From the NCBI RefSeq assembly GCF_009914755.1, contig NC_060941.1: a stretch of 64,000 nucleotides of DNA; one strand, given 5' to 3'. The position numbers and the translations under genes are program-made. The DNA comes from the human T2T-CHM13v2.0 reference genome, Homo sapiens. This document shows, piece after piece, positions 1-17,669 of the stretch (position 1 is its first letter; the number at the start of each line of letters is the position of its first letter). The notes under the pieces are model-generated. The model was not told where the DNA came from. It saw only the letters and a program-made list of their open reading frames with translations, and did no database searches.

Positions 1-233
1 CAGCCGAAAACAATCTAAACAGAGTACCCTGTGATGCCATGGGTGAGCCTGTCTTTTTGAAAATAGGTAGAAATACGTTTCTTCCTTTTCCAGTATCTTT
101 AGAAACTTGAAGTCTGCACCTAATGGAAAATTGAGCTCACATCCTTGCTTTAACACTGAGGGCAAGGCAGGGTGGGGTCTCTCCCTCCTCTTGCCATTAC
201 AAGCCTCGTTATCATATAAAAGAAGCTTGAAAT

Positions 234-549
<316 letters not shown>

Positions 550-1118
550 TTACTTGGTATGTCTCCTAAATTAGGAATTCAGTTTTTTAGCTATGTTCAG
601 GTGGATCCTATAGTGATGGGGAAAATATGGCTCGGCAGAACTTCCTCCAAGAAAGTATGTTAATTCTTGGGAAATGTATTTTTCCAGAAAATATGTTTTC
701 TTGTGCCATATTGTCTAGCTCACAATATTTGTGGTTTGTTTATCAATTAAAATGGTATCTAGTATTGTTTTGTTATACCATTTGTTAGCAACAGTTATGT
801 TATTTACACATTTGGCACACTGCACCAAGAGAACTATGAAATCAAAAATATCTGTTTTTTGCTATCAGAAAAAAAAATTCTTCCTAAAGCAATATGTTGA
901 TATTTTCATTGTCAAAAAACTTAAGTGGACATTTTGTTTATTTAAAACTTATATCGAAGTTGATATCTATGATGTGTAAAGTGTTCCTACAAGTAACAAA
1001 CAATCCAAAAGAAAATGGGGGAAGGGTATCAACAGCAATTTACAGAATTTACAGTGAAAATGGCAATAAACATAAAAATATGCATAGCCTTCTTAGTCAT
1101 GAAATAAATGCAAATTAA

Positions 1119-1517
<399 letters not shown>

Positions 1518-1684
1518 TGAAATAAGGATCTGGAAGAGCTGTCTGCACCCTCATGGTCACTGCAGCATTATTCACAACAGACATGGAAACAACCCAGATT
1601 TCCATTGACAGATGAATGGATAAAGACAGCATGGTAAAAACATTCAATGGAATATGATTCCACCTTAAAAAATTGGAAATTCTT

Positions 1685-2019
<335 letters not shown>

Positions 2020-2251
2020 CTAAGTGAAATAAGCCAGGCACAAAAGGACAAATACTACATGATACCACTTACGTGTAGAATCTAAATCAGTCAAATACAT
2101 AGAAGCAGAGAGTAGAATGGTGGCTGCCAAGAGCTAGAGACGGGGAAATGGAGAGTTGCTATTAAACGGGTATAAAGGTTCAGTGATACAAGACGAATAA
2201 GCTCTAGAGATCTGCTGTACAACACCATGCCTACACTTACTAATGCAGTAA

Positions 2252-2719
<468 letters not shown>

Positions 2720-3233
2720 TTTTGTTAAGAGAGTAGATCTCATGTTGTAGTCTTACCACACACCCACACACACATACAGAATCAAAAGGGCACAAGGAAA
2801 CTTAGAGGTGAGGAATATGTTTATTACCTCGATTGTGGTGACAGTATCATGGATGTATATGTTTCTAAACTGAGTGAATTTTACACTACATTGAATATAT
2901 ATGGTTATTTGTTTATCGATTGTACCTATAAAGGTGTAAAAACAAACAAAAATGTAATAAGTGATCCAAAATAGAAGAGAAAGTCAGGAGAGAATTATAT
3001 CACAAAAGTCAAGAAAAAAGGGTTTCATGAATAACAGAGTGATCAATAATAATGAATGGGGCAGTGAGTTCAAATGGAGATTTTTAAACTTAAAAAAAAA
3101 AGAAAATCTCCAATATTGTCTTAATAGGGAATTTCATACATTGTTGGTGAGAGTAGGACCAGAATATCCCCTTTAGAAGACAATCAACTTTAAGATTTAA
3201 AATGTACATCAACATTTGAAAATTGTAAGCCTT

Positions 3234-3762
<529 letters not shown>

Positions 3763-6700
3763 TTAAAATTAATACTACTGCCATATCAAGTTGTTCAATG
3801 CAAAAAGAAGATGGGAGAAGAGACTATTGTATATTTAAAACCGTATATAATCCATTTTTTAAAAAACACACACACATGCATATGTCTATGCTTAAGAAAA
3901 ATTCTGGATGAATATGAAAATTCTTATCAGTGGTCATTTTGGGGAGGGTGTGATAGCAAGTGGTTTCACTTTCTGCTTTTTATATTTCTGTATTGTTTGA
4001 ATTCTTATAATATGTTTCTAAAACTGCTACAATCAGGAAAGACAATAAAGATATTTAATACTACAAGATGTACTCCAAATGCTAGGAATGTTATATCTAA
4101 GTGATGGAAATTTGGATGGTTTTAAAATTATTTTCCAAAATTGTCTACAGTGAATATCTATTCCTTTTCAAATCAGAAAAAATAGTGGAATTTAAAATAA
4201 TAAGTCTACAATTTAAACTCTAGCATATGATCAAATTTATGTATAAAATATGCACAGCATAAAGCCTCAAAAGACATACACCTAAGAGTTAATGGTAATT
4301 AAATGGGTGGTGGGATTATAGGAGATTTTTCCTTCCTTCTGCTCACTTGCAATCAACAGCTGAGTGATGTGAAGATCAATGGTTGGAATGACAGCAAATT
4401 TATCATTATTGTAATTGATGTGCTCATTAGTACCTTAGTTCTCTCCCCTGGTTTCCTACAGGCTTATTATTTCCACACAGCAATGTTAATTATGGTGATA
4501 AAACCCTGGAATGAATGGCTAGAAGTAGATCCAATGGCACCATGGAGGTAAGCCAACAGAATAGAAAGGAGTCTTGCTTTATTCTGTCCTGCCTCCTACC
4601 TTAAGACAAGTCGATTTCTGAATCACTTTACACATACAGTTGTCAGTAATTTTCCTGAAGACAACCGAAGAAACACAATCTGGATACTGGCATTCCAGTG
4701 CTTCCTACAAATAATTAAATCTCACAACTGGGCAAGTCACGACCTTGTGCTTTTGTTTTCTTTTATAAACAAAATTCAGCAATGGATGTGGGTCAGGACT
4801 TTGTAAAAACAAAACCCCAAACTTCAAGGTTTACCCTTGGAAAGAAATATCTAAAATGAGGAAGAAGAGTTGCCCAATGTCTCCAGCCCTGAGGCCCCTT
4901 TGTCTTTCAACAGTCTTCCACCCTAATGCCCACTGCCACCATCACCACCATGTAATGAAAAAATTGTTTATAAAAGAAAACAAAAACATAAGGTAGTGAC
5001 TTGCCCAGCTGTGGGATTGAATCATTTGTAGGCAGCAATGAAATGTCAGTCTCCAGATTGTGTTTCTTTGTCTGTTTCCTAAGAAAACACCAATTCTTTT
5101 TTAATGGCTCAAGCATAAATAAAACCCTTTATTTTATCTCTTTTTACATAATAGAATTTTCAAAAGTTCTTTCTAAATAATAGCATAGCTGTACAAAATA
5201 TGAAAAGAGCAAAGTCTAAAACAATACACCAAAATGTTAACAGTGGTTTTATTGAGGAAGTACACCTATATGTTATTTTTACTAATTATTTTTTCTAGGC
5301 TCTTTAAAATAAGGCATATACAAGGCATATACATTTTTACTGTGCAGTGAATCTTTCACTACACAGACAGAAGTCTCTTCATCTCAAGAAGCTCTTCTTC
5401 TAATATATCATTGATTATTTCTGTAGTTAAATAGTTCTGTTTCCTACTTTTAGAACAATAATTATCTGGTCACTAATTTTACGTTCTCTGTTTTCACTAT
5501 CTATCATTTCTCTAATTGGAATTTTCCCCATTTCCTGTATATTCTTGGAGAGCTTTTCCAATTTGTTATCATCTCTGTCACCCATATGATATTGTCTGCA
5601 GGTTCAGTTCTATTTGTCTCTACAATTGCTGTTAAAATATCAGCTTCATTGCCATATTCTTCCATCTCTTTTTTCATCTTACCCGGTTGTCTTTTCATTT
5701 AGCCTACTCTTGCCTTAAAGATTTTTTATTATGTGTCAGGGAAATAATGATTTCTACTCTACTGACAATGCTAAATCATGTCCTAATGATTCATTCTTGA
5801 TTCTGAAATATATCCTTTTCAGATATAAGTTCTTATTTGTCTCTGGATTGATATTACCTTTCTATTCTTCAGCAGTATTTTTCACAAATTGGTAGTGAAA
5901 TTCCCCTTGAGACAGTATCTGTTCACTGGGGTGATGAAAAATCCCCTGCTTAGATCTATGTTGTTCACTTATCAGTGTTAGGTTAACTGATCAGCATTAT
6001 GTTAATGTATGTAAATGTATCAGCATAAATTAACATGTATAGCTCCTAATCCAACTTTCATTCCAATGAAATGAATCAGTGTGGAGCAGAATCCAATGGT
6101 TTGATGCTGAAAGAAAGCAATAAGGAGGAGGGCTCTGTACTCTAAGAGATGAGAAGGGCACCGAAAGTGACATGGGAGGCATTTTAAGCACATTTTATTT
6201 TCTTTGCACATTTGCCCTGGGCTAGCATTGGCCCCCGCCTTGTACAGTACAGCATCTCTGTGCTTGCCATGAATATGTAACAGGGAGGAATTCTGTGGGC
6301 TATGAATAAGGGTGATGAGGAAAAATAGGCTGTTGTGGTCAAATATACTTAGGAAACAGGATGAAATACAGTTGAAGAGGTTTGTTTATTGTGTCAATAT
6401 TCAGACACTCAAATATGTTGAGTGGATTGTGTATGTCTAGGAAGTGGCTGGCTTGATTAGGGAACATTTCTCAGACTTCATTGACAGTGATAAACTGTTG
6501 ATGGAACATCGTATTGATCAGACATTTCCTGGAAGATACTTTGAAGAACATTGTTTTACTTTTGTACAACTCCCATTCTCTCTCACTCGAGCCTTTCTCT
6601 GCCCATACAGATAAGGCATGGGGGTCACAGGGCAGCTAGTTACAACACGCCAACTTCACGGGGCTCCCTAGAAAAACCTAGAGTCTCTCATGGAGGGGTA

Positions 6701-7203
6701 AGGAGAAGCAGCTGTACATGGCAAATATGATTTATTTGTGGCATGAGTGTTTCCTGCCACCCATGGCAAAGAATGAGGATTAAAGAAGGAACACATTCAA
6801 TTACAAGTCAATTTCAAGAGGCTCAGACATAAGTGAGGCCCTGAGTCCTTCTTCATTTTTATATGCACCTAGCAGTACAACCAGGAAACAAAAGTGTATT
6901 GTTCATGAAAAAGTTGTATCATACAGATATTTTCTCGATGTGATGTGGCTCATAGTTTCCCATAACATCCAATTAATATGAGACTAGAGGGAATAAAGAG
7001 CTCATTGACTCCAACACCCTTAATTTACAATTTGGGGAAACTGAGGACCCCAGATGCAAAGCAGCTTGTTATAGGGGACACGGAATAGCAGTGCTGAGTC
7101 TGGAACTGAGTGCTACCCCCACTAAACTGAGATGCCCAGGATAGAACTTTTAAAAATACGAGTGTGGCGTTAAAGACCAAATAAGAGCAAAGCTAAATGA
7201 CAG

Positions 7204-7960
7204 TAAAACCATCTTTGCAAAAATTATGACAGTGAGATAAATCTAATGTAGAAAAATTATGACAGTGAAAGAAATCTGATGTAACCAACTCCATCTTGCT
7301 TCTAACCTACAAGCTACCCCCTCCTTCATTCCCAGGTACAGGCTAAGCTAACTATGGCAGGAATTTAGTTTATAGTTTAACTTTGAAACAAAGATGATAA
7401 TAGCCCCTTCCCAAAACAAACCTCCTACTTGCTTGGGGATCAGACCATTTTTATAAAACTAACACATTAGCCACGAGATTAAAAATTATGCCTCAAGAGT
7501 CATGCATCCAGAGGTCACAAGATTCCTAATCTCCCCAATTGCTCCTATAGCTAGCATCACTATTGTAAAACCTAAGATTGGTATTCAAAGTAGTTTTCAG
7601 ACTCTGCATTCTGATGGACTAGGTGGCACCATCCAGACTGGTAAACTGGCTTATCTTTCTTGTGACCCCACCCAGGACTGACTCAGTGCCAGAGGACATG
7701 TTTTGACACCCTGTGGTTTTGCATCCCTGACCCAACCAATCAGCATTCCCCATTCCCTAGCTCCCTGCCTGCCAAGCTATCCTTTAAAAACCCTAGCTTC
7801 TGAAGTTTTTGGGAGGCCGATTTGAGTAATAATTAACTCCTGTCCTTTCACTTAGCTGGCTCTGCATTTATTAAGCTCTTTCTCTGTTGCAAAAATCTGC
7901 TTTTCTCTGTGCATCAGCTTTTCTGAGCAGCAGGAAAGATGAGCCCATCAGGTGATTACA
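7204..7960 (+). mobile_element. ERV1 solo LTR, LTR8 family (LTR8A/B-like)
   Basis: Starts taaaaccatctttgcaaaaattatgacagtga...aactccatcttgcttctaacc, ends ggtgattaCA. Confidence 0.85.
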
Positions 7961-8070
7961 AGAGAGCTTTATTCTAAACATTTTATTCATCATTCTTAAA
8001 CAATTGCAAAATTTAAAATTTCTTAGTCTTTCCATTTTGGCAGATTTTTAAAAAGGATTGTTATTTCTTT

Positions 8071-8109
8071 CATTCATTCATTCATTCATTCATTCATTCA
8101 TTCATTCAT
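8071..8109 (+). repeat. (CATT)n microsatellite at an L2 3' end
   Basis: Read directly. Followed by L2-like tttactgagcatctgccatataccaggcactgt. Confidence 0.85.
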
Positions 8110-8983
8110 ATTTACTGAGCATCTGCCATATACCAGGCACTGTATTAGAGGCTTGGAGTATCATGGTGAAAACCTTTGGCATCAATTTTGCTTATATTTT
8201 GATGGGGGAAGACAGATATTATCAAAATGATGTTTATACACATTACTGGGTTGATTATAACAAATTGTACAAGTACCAGACACATGTAGACACATAGAAA
8301 GCTGAAGAGTAATACCAACTAGAATAAACAAAATTAATACTGAACCATGAATACAAAGAGTCAAGGAGCGTAAAAAATGAGATTGTTTTTGTGACCTTGA
8401 AATCCCATTTGCCACAGAAGTGGAGGCAGAAATGAAAATACCACTATTGCAATCCTCATGTGTTTGGAAAGGGCTCTGGGGTGGGACCCAGCCCACAAAG
8501 ATGGTTCTAGACTGATTTCCTATTTGGTAAACCCAAGTGAATTTCCCACCTCCTTTAGCAACACAGCTTTCTAGTGAAGAAACAAAAATAGGCATGTATA
8601 TGCTAAACCTGAGTTGAATCACAGTGCTGAGATTATGGGCCTAGCTGCTAGGGATCTCGAGGAGCCTTGTCCAACATTCTAAATGATCCTTGCAGGCAAC
8701 ATGCCTTAGTAGGTTGCAAAGGACAATTCAGAGCAAGAGAACAGAAGCAGTTGCTGGGCAAGGTGAGAGGGTGCAGGCCATGTCACTGAGGGAAGACCTT
8801 ACTTTCTCTTCCATTTCTGAGTGCTTTCAGAGCAGATAGAGTCCACTTTCAAGATTTCACCAGGCTGTAGAATAAAGAACAAACTGGGGCTTCAGAGGGA
8901 GGCCACACAGCCTCCTCCCTACTGGCTCCTCCACTGGGCACTTTGTGACATTGGCCAAGTCCTTCAACCACGTAGAGACTCAC

Positions 8984-9549
8984 TGTCAGAGGTGTGTGAA
9001 CCAGAGCAACTCCATCTTGAATAGGAGTTGGGTAAAATGAGGCTGAGACCTACTGGGCTGCATTCCCAGAGGGTTAAGGCATTCTAAGTCACAGGATGAG
9101 ATAGGAGGTCAGCACCACATACAGGTCATAAAGACCTTGCTGATAAAACAGGTTGCAGTAAAGAAGCCGGCTAAAACCCACCAAAACCAAGATGGTGACA
9201 AGAGTGACCTCTGGCCGTCCTCACTCCTCACTGCTACACTTCCACCAGCACGATGACAGTTTACAAATGCCATGGTAAGGTCAGGAAGTTACCCTATATG
9301 GTCTAAAAAGGGGAGGCATGAATAGTCCACCTCTTGTTTAGCATACCATCAAAAAAAAAAAAACATAAAAATGAGCAACCAGCAGCCCTTGGGGCTGCTC
9401 TGTCTATGGAGTAGTCCCATTCTTTTATTCTTTCACTTTCCTAATAAACTTGCTTTCACTTTACTCTATGGACTCATCCTGAATTCTTTCTTGCATGAGA
9501 TCCAAGAACCCTCTTTTGATGTCTGGATCGGGACCCCTTTCCTGTACCA
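8984..9549 (+). mobile_element. ERV1 solo LTR MER41A
   Basis: TGTCAGAGG...CCAGAGCAACTCCATCTTGAATAGG start, TG...CA ends, 4-bp TSD TCAC. Lacks the MER41B GAS-containing segment (ggggagg|catgaat junction). Confidence 0.92.
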
Positions 9550-11347
9550 TCACTGCCCTTGCTTTGAAAAGCCCTCAGTTGAAAATTAAATGGGATTGCA
9601 AGTTTTAAGCCTGGCACACAGTAGGAGTTCAAAAAATACCACCTCCTCCTTCCCATCTTCTGCCTGCATTCTAAGCTAGGTTGCTTCGTAATTTTGTCAC
9701 TAACTTTTGCTGGACTCTAATTTATCTGGGCGTCAGTTTCATCATCTATAACACGAAGAAATAGGGCGAGTGGTGATCCCCGGGGTTCCTTTCAGTTCAA
9801 GCATTTTAGGATTCTATCATCACAATAGACGCCCCACACAGGGAAGAAACAGCAGAAGCTGAGATTTCTGTGACTTTGGTCTGTAGGGGTGAGTTCCAGG
9901 AGGCTCCCAGGCATCAACCATGACCTATGCAAAGACAAGAAAAATAAATGATTAGGAAAGGGCCAACATTGCAGTGTGCATGCCTGCAAACAATTCACAC
10001 ACAGTTGGAGGCACCCAGCTGGAAACCAGTGTTTCATTTGCAGCTTCATTTGCAGCAGAAAAGTTGATATTTGCAATAATGTCAGTAACTTAGAGTTGGG
10101 ATTCAGTGGCTCCTGGCGTGAGCCAACACCAAACAACCAATTTTCACTTTGCAAGTCAGAATGACCCCTCCGCTTCTCCATGCTAGAGGGAAAGGGAGGT
10201 ATGGGTCTCTGTTGGGACAAGTTTGGGCACGGAGTCCACAAGGGCTTCAGATGGCAGTTTCTGGACTGCAGTTCTTGCCACTTGCAAGCTCTTCACACCA
10301 CAAACACTTAGCTTTTCTCGTTTGGGGAGCTCTAGGGAGCCTATTCATCTTTCTTGGAGTCAGAAAGAGGATGGAGAAATCCAGGCAATGAAAAAAAAAT
10401 GTGGAAGATGCAGCTGTTGGAAGCAACAAATAGAATATCAGATGGCCCCAGGAGTCCTGGGTATTTGTCTCAGATCTGTCACAAGCCGACTGTGTGACTA
10501 TAACTTGTCACTTCCTCTTTCCAGATGCAGTTTATGCAGGTGTAAAAGGGAGAGGTCGGATGAGGTGGTCTTGAGTTGGCTTCCAACTCTTTCTATGACT
10601 CAAGTATTCTAAATGAGAAAGGGTGAAGAAAAGGAGGAAATGGAAGAAGAGACGGTGGATAGCAGGTGGGTGAGACTTTGTTAGAAAAGGAGGGGGAGGA
10701 AAGATGAGAAAGGCTGCAACAATAAAAAAGGAAAACAACACAGATTTGCAGAAAGTATTCCTCGCAGAGCCATAAGTAATTTCGAAAGTAGTCATGATTA
10801 CAATCATTATCATAAACAACCGAAGTCCTAATTAACTTCATAAAGGGCAGCATCCTGCGATGATTCAGGAATGCTCTCTCTTGATGCTCCAATCTCTGGA
10901 ACCCAGGGGGATCCCTCCCTTGTGAGCTCATACCTCCTTTCTTTTGCTATGACCTTTACTTTGGGGAGCCCACGGAAAGAAAGAGGAAGCACCTGCCCTG
11001 CGAGTCTGGCCAGCTGGTGTCCAGGAGCCCAGGGCAGCTCAATTGAGCACCAGGTCGCGGTTGCCCTCCAGAGACAGGGTCCCCAGCATCGTCACCCACA
11101 CCACTCTGAGCATCCCTGGCTGTGGGCACCACTAGCATCAGCATAATTGTCACTCTGTATCATCCAAGGAGATTCCCAGGTACTTCCTTAAGAATGGCGA
11201 GGCCTTGGGCTTAAAAATCTTCTGATTCATGGAAGAGCCACCTGTGATGTTCCTGGCTACCTCGTTTTACTATCATTCTCCTAACAGCCATTAGCTCAGC
11301 TTCTGCCTTGCCTGACCCCTATGGGGTGTACTGATCTCTGGTCTTAT

Positions 11348-11606
11348 CTTTTTTTTTTTCTTTTGAGACGGAGTCTTGCTCTGTCCCTCATGCTGGAGTG
11401 CAATGGCCTCGGCTCACTGCAACCTCCGCCTCCAGGTTCAAGCAATTCTCCTGCCTCAGCCTCACGAGTAGCTGGGATTACAGGTGCGCGCCACAACACT
11501 TGACTAATTTTTTTGTATTTTTAGTAGAAATGGGGTTTCACCGTGTTTGCCGCGCTGGTCTTGAACTCTTGACCTCAAATGACCCACCTGCCTTGGCCTT
11601 CCAAAA
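11348..11606 (-). mobile_element. Alu (AluS-type, 5'-truncated)
   Basis: Reverse Alu ending at ccttccaaa. Confidence 0.9.
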
Positions 11607-12101
11607 TGAACAAGCAATTTCTTTAGTTGCTTGTGCACAGCCCAGAATGCTCTGCCCCTAGCAAACTGCAAGAAAACCGCTCTAAGCCTTCACTTAAGGA
11701 CTTCTTTGCTATATTTAGGTTATGTTTACAGGATTGAGAATGAGAGGTAGAAGGAATAAGTTCAAGGACAATTTCTGGAAATAAATTAGGTTCAAATCTT
11801 TTCAGGGAAGTGACAGGCTTTAATTTTTGTTTAAGTGATGAAAGCTATTGTAATTTCTCACAAAGGCCTGCAAGTGATTTGAGATTGGTTTGTAAAAATG
11901 TTGAAAGAAAACCCGAATTCAGAATAAGATAATCCTAGGAACTGTAATGATAAGATCATATCAGTTTGTGGTGTCTTGACATTATCTGAAAGGAAGAGGG
12001 TGAATACGGATCAGAGAACAATGAGCAAGAAAAACCAGTGTTACCCAAAAGCTAAGGGGAGAGGCGGGATGGCTATCTCTTAAAAATGCCAACTGGAGGA
12101 A

Positions 12102-12405
12102 TTTTTTTTTTTTTTTTTTTTTTTGAGACAGAGTCTTGCTCTGTCGCCCAGGCTGGAGTGCAGTGGCGTGATCTCGGCTCACCGCAAGCTCCGCCTCCCG
12201 GGTTCATGCCATTCTCCTGCCTCAGCCTCCTGAGTGGCTGGGACTACAGGCACCCGCCACCACGCCCAGCTAATTTTTTGTATTTTTACCAGAGACGGAG
12301 TTTCATCGTGTTAGCCAGGATGGTCTCGATCTCCTGTCCTTGTGATCCGCCCGCCTCGGCCTCCCAAAGTGCTGGGATTACAGGCATGAGCCACCGCACC
12401 CGGCC
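12102..12405 (-). mobile_element. AluY
   Basis: gcaagctccgcctcccgggttcatgccattctc diagnostic. TSD aactggagg. Confidence 0.95.
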
Positions 12406-12999
12406 AACTGGAGGCATTTTTAAAGCATACCTAGTGATTACGGATAGCACAAGTATAGCCTGAGAAAGTCTGACTTTGGGAAAGGAGTTACAGTGAATTC
12501 ATAATTTAGGACTAGGTGAATACTAGCAGTGTCATTAGGCAGAAATGGAGAACTATTGCATTCATAGAAGCGTAAAATTCGGCTAGGATTTTTTATTCTG
12601 TAATATTTCTCCAATACTATTTAAAAATTTTATATGTAAATATAGTCATTTTATCTCTATATATTGTTATATTAATAGCTTGTTTTTATAGATTTAGGAG
12701 CCCTATCATTTTGGCTTATTATATCTCAGTGTTTTCTCATCATGGGGAGAGTGCAGTAGAAAACTGGCTTGTGCACTTAAATTGCAGAATGGCAGCTGCC
12801 AGGAGACATTAAACTGGCCCCAGAGTGGAGTTCTCAGAAAATGGGGTTGTGCATCTCAGTATCAGAAATGCCTAAAGTGCTTGTTATAAAGATTGTATTC
12901 TCAGGACCCCCAAAAGGTCCTCTAAGTTTGAACTGAGACCCAGGAATCAGAATCTTTTGAAGAGAGACCCAAAACTCAGGTTTTGAATAAGAACCCATG

Positions 13000-13400
13000 G
13001 AAACTCTATTTTCTAAAGATAGCTGCAACAAAATATCTCTCATCCCAGATCCTCCCTGCAGTACGATCTTGCCACTATACCATCAAGAAGTAGGTCTGTG
13101 TCTGTCACTCCTTGAATGCCGATGGGGTTATGGCTGCTTCGATCAACACAGTATGGTAGAAGTAACATATGACTTCCAAAGCTGGGTCATGAAAAGTAAT
13201 GTTACTTCCACCTTGTTCTCTGGAGCCCACCTACTTGGAGTCCCAAACCAGCACCTAAGTCCAACTAAGCAGCAGCTGCTCTGCAGTGTGGCAGCTGGGC
13301 CACATGGAGAGACTTATCCAGGTGTTCTGGTGGACACGCATTACTCTTCAAGTCATCCCAGCCCAGACATTGAGGGAAGGAGCCTTCAGGTGATTCCACA
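13000..13400 (+). mobile_element. MaLR LTR fragment (MLT1G/H-like)
   Basis: ttctaaagatagctgcaaca...ccttgaat...gacttccaaagctgggtcat pattern. Boundaries approximate. Confidence 0.55.
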
Positions 13401-13808
13401 CTAGAGGATAAGCCTCTCAAACTCAACCCTAGCTGATGAGGACAAACAATAACACTTTAGTTGGAATTCACGCTAGAGTTCGTCCTAGTGTCAAGAATGA
13501 TAATCACTTATGTTTTCATTCATTCAATAAAATAGGTACTGATTGCCCACTATTGCCAGGTTGTTCTAAAATCTGTGGATATAGCAAAAATCATGGAAAA
13601 TTCCTCAGAGTCCTGGAGCACACATTCTAAGTGTAGCATGACAGTGTGTGGCTGGGTAGGAGACAGAGAAGGGCAGACAAAACAACTAAATAAACACATT
13701 AACATGATAAGGTAAGGTTAACGACTATGAAGACAATAAAACAAGGTGATGTGGTGGGGAGGCACTACTTTAGATTGTGTGGTCACAAAAGTTGTTTGAG
13801 CTGAGACC

Positions 13809-14818
<1,010 letters not shown>

Positions 14819-15824
14819 AGACCTGAAGAATGAGGATCCATGATACAATAGTCCAGGGCCTATAGGAAAGCAGAAGGAGAAATGAGTTATGCTGTCAAGA
14901 ACCAGCCTAGAAATCAAAGACTGGAATGTGGAGAGGAATGAGGAGCTTCAGCCTAGCTCCATCATCACTGTGGATAGCCAGCAGCAATGCTCTGGCCAAA
15001 AGTACAAGCTGCTCAGCTCTCACATGCAATCAGCACAAATACCTGTCAATTCTACCCATGACATCTCACTCATAACCTGGCTGTCCTCTGTCCCCGCCAG
15101 CTTGGCTTTGGTCAAGCATTTGTTTCTCTCTCCTATTATTTCATTGTTATATTTGTTTCTTTCTCCTATTGCTGTTTAGTCAATCTTTCTGCCTTCAGGC
15201 TCACTATCCTTCCATCCACTTTCTGAAATACCAGCAGCATCATTTTATAAAATAGAAATTGTATCCAATGTCACCCATTCTAAAAATCCTCTATTCCCTC
15301 CATCAGTTCAGGAGGAAGAACAAAATCTTTCTCATGGCACAGAAGGTTATATAAACCCAGCTAAGCTCCAGATGATGTTTCCAGCCTCTCTGTAACTCAC
15401 GTGCACCCACCATTCCCCAGACTCGCTGTGCACTTTCAGGACTCTAGTTTTGTTCATGCTTCCCTACTCTTCTCATTATTTTTTCTTTGAAGAGCTAGTT
15501 CAAATTGGCACTCACCTCTAAAAAAAAAAAAAAAAAAAAAAAAAGCCCAGCCACTTTTCTCTACTCTTTCCTGAACGCTTCCCCCACCTCCTATGCCTAA
15601 GCTAGGCTTAATTCCTCCTTCATCTCTGTTGGCATAACACTTTGTTCCGTGTTTGTCACGTTGGCTTATATTTATTTGTTTGCATATTGGTCATTTGTTT
15701 TCCTTGCTCAACCATGAATTCTTGGAGGTCAGAAACAGTGTCTAGCATAGCAGGTGTTCAATAAATATTCACCAGACCGAATTTAGTGGAATACTAGTAA
15801 AGGCTTCAGTGTTGGACTTCAGAT

Positions 15825-16446
15825 TGTTACTGGCAGTGCGTCCGGTTGGGGTCCTTGGTCCTTTGCCCTTGTCTTTTTGGAAGAAATTATTTGACCAAGA
15901 GACAAAAGTAGATTTAAGGCAGAAACGAGAGCTTATTGAAGCACAGAAAAGTACACTTGAAGGGACCAAGCAGGCTACTCAAAAGACTGAGTGCGCCCCC
16001 TAATCTTTGGTTCAGCGCTCTTACAGATTTACTATTTCCTGTTTTCTTTCCCAGTCTCTTTCCCTCATCCTTCGCCTTGGGCAGGCTGTTGGCTAATCAC
16101 CACATGTGCAGTGACTTGTCAGTATCTGGGAGGGGCTGCACGTGCCCTTTGGTGGTTGGAGCTATGTGCATGCTCTCTTATGGCAATTTTCCCTTATCAG
16201 TTCTAGCGCCCCCAGATGAAGATCATATGCTGCCCAGACTCTGCCATTTTGCCCCTTACCAGCATGCCTAGACACCTCTACTCAATTTTTAAGTTCTTAT
16301 AGGTACATTGTTCCCCACAAACTCAAGCTGTTTCCTGGTTGTTAGGAAATTTTCACCTCTCTGTTTCCAGCAGCCCGACAGTCAACTAACATTCTTTGGG
16401 GTCCTACCCTGACCTGCTCATATCTGCCTATCTACCTACTCTAATA
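15825..16446 (-). mobile_element. ERV1 solo LTR, MER50-like
   Basis: Minus-strand start tattagagtaggtagataggcagatatgagcagg resembles the MER50 5' end. Imperfect 4-bp TSD agat/cgat. Confidence 0.7.
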
Positions 16447-17669
16447 CGATCAGCATTAACATATTCATGACCCTCTTGGTCATTAACATCGCTGGACCCA
16501 GAATCAGTGTTAACATGAACATGCTTGGCAATGTGTGTGTCACCATTAATATGGCTTAGCAGATTTGGCGTCTAGACTTGCATTCAAGCCCCAACGTTGT
16601 AACAAACCTTAGGAATTGTCTTGGCTCCATCTTTTTTGCTCTGTGCCTCGGTTCATTTATCTGCAGAATGAGACTTTTGCTTGCTAAAGACCTACAATTA
16701 GGACCATCTTTCATGCTGAAGTCAGAGTGTATATAATAATTGGATCACCGTCAGCATCAGTATCACTCTTACTGTTGCTTAGTCTTGGGGACTCAAGTGT
16801 GGGGGTACTTTACTGTTGCTCTTTTTTGTGGGTTTGTTTTGTTTTGGCTTCTGGGTTTTGTCTGTTTGTTTTTCTGGCAATAGCTTCTTTGACATTGATG
16901 TTACCTTTAGCATTTTTAGACCCGTGTTAGAAGAATGAAATGATTAAGGGTGTAGATTTGCATATTTTTTTTTCTTTTTTTCTTTCTTTTTTTTTCTTTT
17001 AACTTAGAAGCTCTTCGGTCATGGTAAATTAAAGCAGGTTTTCTGAAAATTTACCACACAGGAAGCTGTGCTGAACTTCTCTCCTGGCCTCCTAGACCCT
17101 CTCTCATTAATTTCCTCTAATTCTCATTAGCATGTTTCTACTGCAGACTCGGAAGCAGAGAGAAATTCTTGTGCAGCTAATTTAACACCTGCAGATTTTG
17201 AGAGTTGGTAGAGAAACCATATCAATAAAATAATCACTGGCTTTCTCGGAGATTTTAAATTTGAATCCTTTAAAGGTTAGACTTTTGTTATGATTTCTAT
17301 TTATGTTTTTACATCAAGTTATATGTTAATAAATACTCTTGTCTTTTCAAATGTAAAGAGAGGCAGAAAACTGGAATAACCATTTTTGATATATCAATGG
17401 CCATAGTGAAGAAAGTATTCTGACATTTTGGATGTGGATATGGCTTTTCTCGTTGACAGCACCACAGCCTGCCTTAGAAAGCCCCCACAAATTCAGCTTG
17501 GGGGCTACGAGGTGGGATTAGGAAGTGAGGCACAGCCTGGGAGCTGAGTTAGGTCCTTTGGTTTGGAGATTTGTCAGGCAAAGATGGAAGCTGGAAAGCT
17601 CCCTCCTCTACTGAAGTCCATGAGCATGCAGTGTAGCAAAGAAGTGACGGGTGGGAAAATCTTCAGAGG

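Noticed and set aside
7221-7270. Direct repeat aaaaattatgacagtga
   Set aside because: Resembles the duplicated motif at the 5' end of LTR8-family consensus sequences; not locus-specific as far as I can tell.
8984-9549. MER41 as an interferon-gamma/STAT1 enhancer
   Set aside because: This copy has the MER41A-type junction lacking the tandem GAS segment of MER41B.
15990-16220. CTCF-like GGGGGCGC cores in the MER50-like LTR
   Set aside because: Several mismatches in the 5' CCAC/GCA part; not supportable without a PWM scan or ChIP data.
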